Of a stretch of 64,000 bases of DNA, positions 51,434-60,520 are shown in pieces. Source of the stretch: an uncultured Granulosicoccaceae bacterium (GTDB lineage: Bacteria > Pseudomonadota > Gammaproteobacteria > Granulosicoccales > Granulosicoccaceae); NCBI GenBank assembly GCA_964435305.1, contig CAYSZH010000003.1, positions 3,585-67,584 of the forward strand. The letters run 5' to 3'. The notes under the pieces are model-generated. The model saw only the letters and a program-made list of their open reading frames with translations, had not been told where the DNA came from and ran no database searches. The stretch's first letter is position 1, and every line of letters begins with the position of its first letter. The translations under genes and the position numbers were made by a program.

Positions 51434-52246
51434 TTAAACGGCAGGACGTCGCTTACGACTAATCCGCAACAGCAGTAAAAACAAACCAATCATGCAAAAG
51501 GAGAACACCGTTGTAAGCGTACCCAATGCATACAACACAGGAGTTGTGACGCTTGTCGTCATGCCATAGATTTCTAATGGCAATGTGTTGTAACTGCCCG
51601 CGGTAAGCAAGGTCCTGGCAAATTCATCATAAGAGAGTGTAAATCCGAATAAGGCTACCCCTATCAGGCTGGGAAAGATGATTGGAATGACCACATATTT
51701 AAGCGTTTGCCAAGAGCTGGCGCCGAGATCTTTCGCTGCTTCTTCATAAGCCCCATCGAACCGATTGAATACCGCAAACATGATCAAAAGGCCAAACGGC
51801 AAGGTCCAGGTCAGTTGACTGCCGAGGCCCGAGCTTGACCAATGCACATCCCAATCGAGTAAGTTAAACAGGATACCCACACCAAGAGAGATGAGTATCG
51901 ATGGAATAATAAGGCTTGTAATCACAATATAAAACATGATTGACGCACCTTTAAATCGATGCCTAAATGCCAAGCCCCCCATGACTGATACGAGAACGGT
52001 AACCACCATGACGATCAAACCCAGGCTCATGGAGCGTCTGAACGAGCCCCAAATATCACCCACCGCTTGCTGTTCAAATAGATTAGTAAACCAATGCACT
52101 GAAACACCGTTCATTGGAAAAGTCAGACCACCCTGCGGCCCCTGGAAAGACAATATGGCAATCGTTAATGTTGGTCCGTACAAGAACAACACAAACAGCG
52201 CAAAAAAACATGCCAGTATATAAAAGCTAAGCCCGCGTTTTTGCAT
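51434..52246 (-). CDS. ABC transporter permease (PotC-like)
   Basis: FLYGP, EEAAKDLGAS, FTLSYDE, TLP. Confidence 0.9.
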   Translation of the reverse strand: MQKRGLSFYILACFFALFVLFLYGPTLTIAILSFQGPQGGLTFPMNGVSVHWFTNLFEQQAVGDIWGSFRRSMSLGLIVMVVTVLVSVMGGLAFRHRFKGASIMFYIVITSLIIPSILISLGVGILFNLLDWDVHWSSSGLGSQLTWTLPFGLLIMFAVFNRFDGAYEEAAKDLGASSWQTLKYVVIPIIFPSLIGVALFGFTLSYDEFARTLLTAGSYNTLPLEIYGMTTSVTTPVLYALGTLTTVFSFCMIGLFLLLLRISRKRRPAV

Positions 52247-52248
52247 GC

Positions 52249-53112
52249 TTATAGCTCCCGCCTAATGTCGACCAAACGCAGCATGGTACCGACCATCAGC
52301 AACACCGTTATCAGCAACACAACGGCACTTGCCGACGCCGCAGGGTACTGTAACAAGCCTATTTCGTTAGAGATTACCCGACCAACCGATGCGCTTTGCC
52401 CACCACTCATAAACCGCACGGTAATAAAGTCACCCATAACCAGCGTGACCACAAATATAGAACCGATCATAATGCCAGGCTTTGTCAGCGGAATAATGAC
52501 ATGCTGCAATATCTGTCGTCCTGACGCCCCTGCATCACGCGCCGCCTCAATAAGCGACCGGTCGATACGCATCATCGTATTAAATATCGGCACGATCATA
52601 AACAAACAAAATAAATGCACAAAGGCCAATATCACCGCAAAATCTGAAAACAGTAACCACTCCAACGGCTCATCAATCCAGCCCCAGCGCTGTAAGGCTG
52701 TGTTGGCTATTCCGTTTCGCCCCAAAAACGGTATCCAGGAGATCATTCGGATAATATTGGACGTCCAAAATGGAATCGTACAAACCAGAAATAAAACGAT
52801 TTGCATTTGCAGGGATCGAACATGAAACGCCAGAAAATAAGCAACCGTGAACCCGATCAGTAAACAACACACCCAGGTAATAGCGGTGAACATCAGTGTT
52901 TTTATATAAACACTCAATGTGACCTGTGAGGTCAGTAAAAATTGATAGTTATCGAACTGAAAGGCTGGATAGTAGCTGTATTCGGTGCTGCCCCAAAAGC
53001 TCACCATAAAGATGACCGCAACCGGAATCAGTAAAAAAAAACTCAACACAACGAGTAAAGGGCTGACAAGCAGCCAGCCCCTTACTGTGTGGTTTGCAAA
53101 TAGTCGTCTCAC
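52249..53112 (-). CDS. ABC transporter permease (PotB-like)
   Basis: PFWTS.IIR..SW, LIEAARDAGA, PLTKPG. Confidence 0.9.
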   Translation of the reverse strand: MRRLFANHTVRGWLLVSPLLVVLSFFLLIPVAVIFMVSFWGSTEYSYYPAFQFDNYQFLLTSQVTLSVYIKTLMFTAITWVCCLLIGFTVAYFLAFHVRSLQMQIVLFLVCTIPFWTSNIIRMISWIPFLGRNGIANTALQRWGWIDEPLEWLLFSDFAVILAFVHLFCLFMIVPIFNTMMRIDRSLIEAARDAGASGRQILQHVIIPLTKPGIMIGSIFVVTLVMGDFITVRFMSGGQSASVGRVISNEIGLLQYPAASASAVVLLITVLLMVGTMLRLVDIRREL

Positions 53113-53168
53113 AAATGGAACAATTCTCTAGTTTTCATGTAACGACATTTACGGTACAACGAAATCTA

Positions 53169-54476
53169 TCAGGCGGCAATGAATTCGTTCCATTTTCTCA
53201 CCATGTACTGGTTTTCATCCATAACCGCATTCCAGCAAGCAACGCTGCCCATACGATCATTGAATGAACCACCGTCTCTCACGGCGCCCGCTTTTTCCAT
53301 TACAACACCTTGTGGGTTGACAATTTCTTCTTTCGCTTCCTTACCTTCAAACCAGAAGCCCCACTCGTTTTCGCTCATGAATTGCTTCGACGTCTCTGGC
53401 ACAGCTGAGTAGTAACCTTGACGCATCAGATATCCACCGACCCAACCAGACAAGTACCAGTTGATATACTCGTAAGCTGCATCCAATTCCAGACCACTTA
53501 GGTTTTTGGATAAGCCAAGGCCACCACCCCAGGAGCGATAACCTTCCTTCAGAGGCTGATAGACACATGGAATGCCTTTAGATCGAACCGCTGTGATAGC
53601 AGGAGACCACATAGACTGGATAACCACTTCGCCCGATGCCATCAAGTTCACGCTTTCGTCAAAGCTCTTCCAGAACGCTCTGAATTGGCCATTTTTCTTG
53701 GCTTCGATCATGATCGCCATGGTCTTGTCAATTTCTTCTTTCGTCATATTACCTTTGTCACCATAGGTGATTTCACCCATAGCCTCACAGACCATCGCGG
53801 CATCCATGATTCCAATTGACGAGATATCCAGAATTGACGCCTTACCTTTAAATTCAGGGTTTAGCAGTTCCGCCCAAGTGGAAATAGGACGGCCAATAAG
53901 ATCCGGACGAATGCCCAGAGTATCTGCATTGTAGATGGTTGGAATGAGCGTCATCCAACCAGATTCTTCCTGGACAAACTGTTTTCCATCTGGCCCATCA
54001 ACAAAACCGACAGAGTGAGGAGCCGTGCCCTGTGCAATAGTGCTTTCAGGTGTCAACTTTCCGTTGCGAAAAATACCGACGATTTTGTCGTAATTGTCGA
54101 TACGCTTGGTGTCCATCGGCTGTAAGTTACCGGCAGGCCATACCTTCTTGCATATCCAGTATTCGATATCCGCAATATCAAACGACTTAGGCTGAGTGGC
54201 CGCACGCTGCGCAACTGAATCAGAGTCCAGCGCAGTCATTTCAAGTGTGAATCCCAAGTCTTCTTTGACTTTATCAGCCACATCATTAAGGTTAGATACA
54301 CCTGTACCAAACTGCCGCAGGGTCACGTCTTTGATATTCTGTGCCCACAGCATAGGGGCACCGGTAATAGTGCCGGCAGCCACTGTGGCAGCCGCTGCAC
54401 CTTTTAAAATACGTCTTCTGCTATTTCCCTTGGGACCAAGAGATTGCAGTTCATCAATTCTCGTCTTATTACTCAT
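53169..54476 (-). CDS. ABC transporter substrate-binding protein (PotD/PotF-like), Tat-exported
   Basis: SRRRILK twin-arginine signal; YNADTLG, QSMWSPA, LKEGYRSW. Confidence 0.88.
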   Translation of the reverse strand: MSNKTRIDELQSLGPKGNSRRRILKGAAAATVAAGTITGAPMLWAQNIKDVTLRQFGTGVSNLNDVADKVKEDLGFTLEMTALDSDSVAQRAATQPKSFDIADIEYWICKKVWPAGNLQPMDTKRIDNYDKIVGIFRNGKLTPESTIAQGTAPHSVGFVDGPDGKQFVQEESGWMTLIPTIYNADTLGIRPDLIGRPISTWAELLNPEFKGKASILDISSIGIMDAAMVCEAMGEITYGDKGNMTKEEIDKTMAIMIEAKKNGQFRAFWKSFDESVNLMASGEVVIQSMWSPAITAVRSKGIPCVYQPLKEGYRSWGGGLGLSKNLSGLELDAAYEYINWYLSGWVGGYLMRQGYYSAVPETSKQFMSENEWGFWFEGKEAKEEIVNPQGVVMEKAGAVRDGGSFNDRMGSVACWNAVMDENQYMVRKWNEFIAA

Positions 54477-54546
54477 AATTATCTCTCACTGTTTACAGTT
54501 AATTTGGCAGCCGCTTAAAGCCTGACACGTTCGGCTGCATTCCCTA

Positions 54547-55569
54547 TCAAGTAGTACTGGCAAGTTGCACTGGGTGCAAATCATCAGGGACCCAGCCAAC
54601 AGACACTTCATCGCCTGGAGCCCATTTAATACTCTGAAATTGGTCGTCGGACAGTGCCGCGATAATATCGTCACCTTCATTTTGTGTAACAACAACATTA
54701 ACGGTGCGACCAAGATACTCAACGTGTTTAACGGTTCCCCGCACCGATCCATCAACGCTTGATTTTTCAAGCCGGGTACGGTCTGTTCTCAAGGCCGATA
54801 ATTGATCGTTCACTTTAATCACGTTGTGTCCACCCATAAACCGTGCGACGAACTCGGTTTTGGGTTCATTAAAAATTTGGCTTGCGGTGCCTGCTTGCAC
54901 AATCACCGCGTTGTTCATTAGAACAATATGATCAGCCAATGCCAAAGCCTCATCCTGACTGTGAGTCACGTGTATAAAGGTGATGCCAAGCTCTCTTTGC
55001 AAACGCGCTAACTCACCACGCATGGCGATTCGCAAAAAGGGATCCAGTGCCGATAAAGGCTCATCTAATAAAAGAATTTCTGGCTCAGTTATAAGTGCTC
55101 GCGCCAATGCCACGCGTTGTTGCTGCCCTCCCGATAACTGCTCGGGTAAGCGATCCGCAAATTCGTTCATTTGAACCAGCTCAAGCATGGTTTTAGCTTG
55201 TTGATGGCGCGCACTTTTTTCGATGCCTTGCATGCGAAGGCTAAAAGCCACGTTATCCAGAACGCTCAAATGTGGAAACAAGGCGTAGTGCTGAAACATC
55301 ATCGCTGTGCCGCGTTGCGCGGGCGACAGCCTGATTATTGACTTACCACCTAGCTTTATATCTCCGCTGGTAACGTCCTCATGACCCGCGATCATGCGCA
55401 GTGTGCTGGATTTACCACAGCCAGATGGACCGAGCAAACAAACGTACAAACCCGCGTCAAACTTTTGTGAGAATCGATCCACTGCGACTGCAGAATCATC
55501 GTAACGCTTTGTGACCTGTACTAATTCTAAATCTGATCCAAGAGACTGCATTTGACGCCCTAATATCAC
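54547..55569 (-). CDS. ABC transporter ATP-binding protein (PotA-like)
   Basis: GPSGCGKS, FQHYALFPH, LSGGQQQRVALARAL, LLDEPLSALD, TOBE-like tail. Confidence 0.93.
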   Translation of the reverse strand: MILGRQMQSLGSDLELVQVTKRYDDSAVAVDRFSQKFDAGLYVCLLGPSGCGKSSTLRMIAGHEDVTSGDIKLGGKSIIRLSPAQRGTAMMFQHYALFPHLSVLDNVAFSLRMQGIEKSARHQQAKTMLELVQMNEFADRLPEQLSGGQQQRVALARALITEPEILLLDEPLSALDPFLRIAMRGELARLQRELGITFIHVTHSQDEALALADHIVLMNNAVIVQAGTASQIFNEPKTEFVARFMGGHNVIKVNDQLSALRTDRTRLEKSSVDGSVRGTVKHVEYLGRTVNVVVTQNEGDDIIAALSDDQFQSIKWAPGDEVSVGWVPDDLHPVQLASTT

Positions 55570-55861
55570 TCACGCACAAGATTACAAAGCAATCGAAACG
55601 CATAGAGTTAAATGTGTTCTCTCAAACGGCTAATGCCTGCATAAACTATCTACAGGATGCAATGCCATACAAACAAAAGTGGTTTGAGGGCTTATATTAA
55701 GCTGATAAACCGCAACTTACCTATAGCTGCGTGCTGCTAAATATACATCACAGCGGTGCGCAAATAACAGCACTGAAAATTTCTTTAGTATTTTATCCTT
55801 TATTTTCAACACGCTACCTAACTGTATTGATTGACTGCTCAAAGCTCAACTTTTCCCATGC

Positions 55862-55947
55862 CGTAGCATTGGCGTAGCATTGGCGTAGCGAGTTTGCCGA
55901 TTGCACTGATCTAAGATGAGTCTGTGATGAGTCTGTGATGAGTACAG
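55862..55947. repeat. Two short arrays of 11-bp tandem repeats
   Basis: CGTAGCATTGG x2 + CGTAGC (55862-55889); GATGAGTCTGT x2 + GATGAGTACAG (55915-55947). Confidence 0.8.
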
Positions 55948-56021
55948 TAATGGACACTCTAACCTCCCAAGTCAGGTTTAAATGGAGTGCACCAGCGTCG
56001 CCACCTGACAAGGCGGCCCAA

Positions 56022-57206
56022 TCAATCGAAACTGGACCCTTTCGGTGCAAGGTCACCAATCGATGTGACAAGTTCACTCTGTCCCGATTGGCTGGACGCG
56101 GTATCAGCAGCCGGCACTGGTCTGTCAAACTCATAGTTTGGATCGGCTTGCTGCTTCTTCCAAATCATCCTCATCTCTTGCCAGGCTGCCAATAACGATT
56201 TGGGAGCAGGCATATCGCCTTCTATTTCCTTCGCCAGGGCTTTGAGGTTGTAGCAAGGGATGCCAGCATACATATGATGCTCGGTATGCCAGTTCATTTG
56301 CCAATAGAAGAATCCAATAACAGGGTTCAGTTTAATTGAACGTGTGTTCTTTCTAAAGTCTGCATTGTTTAGCATCAAACCACAGTGCTGTGTCGTGCCC
56401 AATAAATAGGAACCGATATTGGCAATATACGATGGTAGTGTAATCACGCAAATCAGAACCCACCAACCCGTAGCTAAAGAGAAAATCAGAATAGCCAAAT
56501 GAAATAGCATTAAGCATCGTGACCAGCATACAGATTGCTTAAACGCAACTGGCTGATCTGCATGCAACTTCTGCAACCACTCTTGCGAAGGAATATCGGT
56601 GTGCCCCTCCGGAATACCAAAAGCTGTGCGTGCAGTTAAGTACACCGTCCAAATAAAACCGCCTTTACTAAAGTTACGGCTTGGCCTTGAAAATAAATTT
56701 AATGTACACAGTTGGAACAACAACCACGGCGCTAACGAAGGAATAAGCGGTAGAACGTTTTCACGATCTGCTTTTATATGCGTGGTATATCTGTGATGGT
56801 ACGTATGACTGGCTCCATAGTCATAAGGATCCCACCAGCTAATAAGACAGACTGCATGCAAAAACCCTTGATTAAGCGCCTTTGTTTTAAAAACGGTGCC
56901 ATGCCCCAGCTCATGTGCTGCCGTTCCCTTAAAAAAGGTAGCCACAAATCCCAGGCCCAATAGTGTTATCAAGAAAGCGACCCACTGTTGTTGCGCCCAA
57001 AGAACGACCACTAAGGCCGCCAGGGCTAGATAAATACCGACATGTCCGCCAGCTTGGATCCAGCCCTGCTTATCGGTTCGGATGGACAGCTCTTTTAGGC
57101 GCTGGTGCGCAACAGGCGCTCGATACCACTTTACACGTAAGGTTTTGCGCACCTCTGATAATGCGGGATAGGCTTTTTCGCCAGCGGTTTCTACTGTGCT
57201 ATTCAT
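56022..57206 (-). CDS. Membrane di-iron fatty acid desaturase superfamily protein (MocD/rhizopine oxygenase-like)
   Basis: His boxes HELGHGT.FKT, SHTYHH, QH, MNWHTEHHMY; start chosen at MNSTVE. Confidence 0.82.
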   Translation of the reverse strand: MNSTVETAGEKAYPALSEVRKTLRVKWYRAPVAHQRLKELSIRTDKQGWIQAGGHVGIYLALAALVVVLWAQQQWVAFLITLLGLGFVATFFKGTAAHELGHGTVFKTKALNQGFLHAVCLISWWDPYDYGASHTYHHRYTTHIKADRENVLPLIPSLAPWLLFQLCTLNLFSRPSRNFSKGGFIWTVYLTARTAFGIPEGHTDIPSQEWLQKLHADQPVAFKQSVCWSRCLMLFHLAILIFSLATGWWVLICVITLPSYIANIGSYLLGTTQHCGLMLNNADFRKNTRSIKLNPVIGFFYWQMNWHTEHHMYAGIPCYNLKALAKEIEGDMPAPKSLLAAWQEMRMIWKKQQADPNYEFDRPVPAADTASSQSGQSELVTSIGDLAPKGSSFD

Positions 57207-57354
57207 ATTTTTCGAATATTGTGTGCCGACAAAACGTCCTGTCACGGAATATTCAACCAAATAGCACCGATTTGCAAAATTTTCCAACCGATACCACGTC
57301 TTTGGCCCACACTCGGCAGCCAAGCTTACGATATTAAGGCGCTTGAGCAGCTTC

Positions 57355-60135
57355 TCAGGCGTTTACTCGAATTTCCGGCAGAAGTTCTCGAACGACATTA
57401 CTTACAGATTCACCTGCTACCACAGTAGAACCCACTTCCGCGAGCATTGTTTTTATTTCGCTACGGCAAGAACCACATTGAGTACCCGCCCCGCAGCAAG
57501 TGCCAACCTCATCAATAGATTGGCAACCAGACGCTATAGCGTGCCGAATCGTCTTAGCTCCCACACTCATACAGCTACACACGATTGCGCCGGTATCAGG
57601 TGAATCAGCAAAGCCCACTCCGGAGAGCGCTGCTAAACGATCAGCATGATTGTTAAATTGATGAGAAAAAAGCGACTCAACAATTGAACGAGCAACACTC
57701 ACAGGCTTTTCAGACAAGTACAGCGCCTGTATTAATTCACCATCCTCAAACCAGCTATACCGATATGTTTGGGAATCCGGATCGTTAAAACTCACCAAAC
57801 TGGCCTCAGGCAATAGCTGAAAAGCTTGGTTCATTATAGATTCGCCCATTGATTGAGCACTCTCTCTGGAGGCAAGTTCCACTTTCCAACCTTGCTCAAT
57901 AGGTGCTAATGCCCAGTAATCGAATATATAGAGTTGATCGGGCTTTACGCGCGTTATTAAAAATCCATAGCAATCCATTTGACTTGCCCTGACACGGACG
58001 TGCTGATTTTTTAAAGCAGGCTGGCCGGAGACTGGATCGGTTAGGTCGCTAACCAGCGTATTAACCCTGGCGTTGGATGCAAACTGATTGGTCCAGTGCA
58101 TGGGAATGAACACCGAACCCGGCTGCGTTCGCGTCGTGACTAGTGCTCTGACGGTAACAGCACCATTCCCACTGCGAACATCAACCAAACTCGCATCATC
58201 TATTTCAAGCTCGCTTGCATCCCTGGGGCTAATCTCAACAAAGGGTTCACCCATGTGTTTGGATAGTGTGACACTGCCGCCGGTACGCGTCATTGTGTGC
58301 CACTGATCACGAATTCTGCCGGTGTTCAGTACATAGTTGACATCGTTATCTACCTTACTCGTCACAATACGTTTGCTGATATTGTCTACAAGCTTTATAG
58401 GAATAAAGCGCGCTTTTCTATTTGGCGTAAAAAATTTTCCGTCAGAAAACATTCTAGCTGAGTCCGCACCGCTATCCTTCGCTTGCGGCCATTGGAACGG
58501 TGTTAAATCATCGTATTGCGCTTTATCAATATTCGCATACTGCCCGATGTCAAAATCGCGGGTGCCCTTGTTTTCAAAACACGATAGCCCAGCGTATTCT
58601 CTGAATATTTCATCTGGCCCATCGTAGTTAAAATCATCTCCAAAGCCCATTTTATAGGCGACCTGACACACTGCCCACCAATCAGGCCGAGCTCTATCCG
58701 GACCATCCCTAAACGACCTTTGCCTGGAAATTCTTCGCTCGCTATTGCTTACCGTGCCGGATTTTTCAGACCAGGCCAGTGCTGGCAACTGTATAGTCGC
58801 CAAGCGCGAGGTATCCGTTTGTTGCACCACATCCGAGACAACAACAAACGGGCAGTTTTCGATTGCCTGTGCAACATCATTAGCTAACGGCATGCTATCA
58901 GCCGGGTTGGTTGCCATGACCCACAAAGCCTTGATTTCGCCTGAGCTGACTGCTTTAAATAGATCAACCGCTTTTAATCCAGGCCTATTTGCAATCGCAG
59001 GAGAGCCCCAATAGCGTTGCACCAAATCCCGATGGGACGAATTTTCGATATCCATATGACAGGCCAGCATATTGGCAAGCCCACCAACTTCACGACCTCC
59101 CATCGCATTCGGTTGCCCTGTGATCGAGAATGGACCACAACCTTCCTGACCAATTCGGCCTGTCGCCAAATGTACATTGGTAATACTGTTGACGGTGTCT
59201 GTGCCCTTATGCGACTGATTAACACCCTGGCTATATACCGTGACCACTTTTTCGGTGTTTAGAAAAAGCCAATAAAACGCTTCAATCTCTTGAACTGTTA
59301 ATCCGGTGTAACTCGCGACTTTGTCTAACGACCAATCGCTAACACGAGCAGCAGTTGCATTGAAACCTGTTGTATTTTCATCAACCCATGCTAAATCAAG
59401 TGCATCGTTCCGAGCAAGAAATTGGAGTAAGCCAGAAAAGAGAACAGCATCGGACTCGCCACCAGGCTTTACTGCCAAGTGCATATCGGCAAGCTCCGCG
59501 GTAGCTGTTTTACGTGGATCAATAACGATTATTTTTAAATCAGAATTGGCTAAGCGGGCTTTTTCTAAGCGCTGAAACAGTACAGGGTGGCACCACGCCA
59601 GGTTAGAACCGACCAGCACAACAAGGTTTGCCAAATCAAGATCTTCATAGCAACCTGGTACGGTATCACTTCCAAATGCACGCTTATGACCCGCGACACT
59701 GGATGCCATACACAGGCGTGAATTGGTATCGATGTTTGCCGTGCCAAGAAAGCCTTTTACAAATTTATTTACGACGTAATAATCTTCAGTTAACAGCTGC
59801 CCGGATACATAGAAAGCAATGGCCCCTGGGCCGTACTCATCAATTATTTTGGTAAATTCATCGGCAATGCGCTGGGTAACATCACTCCAGGATACAACAT
59901 GATTTCCCCTACGGGGTGAGATCAGGCGATTCTCTGATCCTAGTGTATCAGCAAGCGCATATCCCTTTGAGCATAATTTTCCGTAGTTGGCGGGATGCGC
60001 ATTATCTCCTGCAACTTTGAAGTTACGTGCATCTAACGGCTCTTGTTCATTGTACTGTACGGTAACTCCGCATCCGACACCGCAGTAAGGGCATGTCGTA
60101 TTGACAGCAGACAGTTCACTATTTCCAGAATTCAT
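57355..60135 (-). CDS. nasA: Assimilatory nitrate reductase catalytic subunit
   Basis: CPYCGVGCG..LCSKG, SGQLLTEDYY, NSRLCM, TGQPNAMGGRE, TGRIRDQWHTMTRT, C-terminal BFD-like CSC..CGSC. Confidence 0.95.
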   Translation of the reverse strand: MNSGNSELSAVNTTCPYCGVGCGVTVQYNEQEPLDARNFKVAGDNAHPANYGKLCSKGYALADTLGSENRLISPRRGNHVVSWSDVTQRIADEFTKIIDEYGPGAIAFYVSGQLLTEDYYVVNKFVKGFLGTANIDTNSRLCMASSVAGHKRAFGSDTVPGCYEDLDLANLVVLVGSNLAWCHPVLFQRLEKARLANSDLKIIVIDPRKTATAELADMHLAVKPGGESDAVLFSGLLQFLARNDALDLAWVDENTTGFNATAARVSDWSLDKVASYTGLTVQEIEAFYWLFLNTEKVVTVYSQGVNQSHKGTDTVNSITNVHLATGRIGQEGCGPFSITGQPNAMGGREVGGLANMLACHMDIENSSHRDLVQRYWGSPAIANRPGLKAVDLFKAVSSGEIKALWVMATNPADSMPLANDVAQAIENCPFVVVSDVVQQTDTSRLATIQLPALAWSEKSGTVSNSERRISRQRSFRDGPDRARPDWWAVCQVAYKMGFGDDFNYDGPDEIFREYAGLSCFENKGTRDFDIGQYANIDKAQYDDLTPFQWPQAKDSGADSARMFSDGKFFTPNRKARFIPIKLVDNISKRIVTSKVDNDVNYVLNTGRIRDQWHTMTRTGGSVTLSKHMGEPFVEISPRDASELEIDDASLVDVRSGNGAVTVRALVTTRTQPGSVFIPMHWTNQFASNARVNTLVSDLTDPVSGQPALKNQHVRVRASQMDCYGFLITRVKPDQLYIFDYWALAPIEQGWKVELASRESAQSMGESIMNQAFQLLPEASLVSFNDPDSQTYRYSWFEDGELIQALYLSEKPVSVARSIVESLFSHQFNNHADRLAALSGVGFADSPDTGAIVCSCMSVGAKTIRHAIASGCQSIDEVGTCCGAGTQCGSCRSEIKTMLAEVGSTVVAGESVSNVVRELLPEIRVNA

Positions 60136-60503
60136 TACGCTGTTAGTGAAGCAACAGGTACAGGTGCTTCAATAAATACCCTTCCATCATTAACATCAAC
60201 CTTGTACTTCTGAACCTGCCCCTCATCAGCACCAACAGCCTCACCAGTATCGAGCGAAATATCCCAATTATGTAAAGGACAGGTAACACAGTTGCCGTGC
60301 ACAATACCACTGCTCAATGGGCCACCTTTGTGAGGGCAGCGATCTTCCAGCGCTCTAATAGCGTCATCAGCTGTTCTAAAAATGGCTATATTGCGCTGAG
60401 CATGTTTGACCCTTACCGCGCCACGAACCGGTATATCAGAGACCAAACAGACTTCAAACCAATTTTTATCTTTCACACTCATTTCTTTCACTGCCGGATT
60501 CAT
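60135..60503 (-). CDS. nirD: Nitrite reductase small (Rieske-type) subunit
   Basis: CPHKGGPLS.GIVHG..VTCPLH; TAATG overlap with nasA; start uncertain. Confidence 0.92.
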   Translation of the reverse strand: MNPAVKEMSVKDKNWFEVCLVSDIPVRGAVRVKHAQRNIAIFRTADDAIRALEDRCPHKGGPLSSGIVHGNCVTCPLHNWDISLDTGEAVGADEGQVQKYKVDVNDGRVFIEAPVPVASLTA

Positions 60504-60520
60504 CTGTGCTGAACCTTTTT

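Noticed and set aside
55570-55800. Sigma-54 promoter or NtrC site for the ABC operon
   Set aside because: TGGCA is present on the minus strand but GC is not at the required -12 spacing, and I found no convincing NtrC palindrome
55862-55947. Possible mini-CRISPR array
   Set aside because: Units are 11 bp, directly tandem with no spacers, and there are no cas genes
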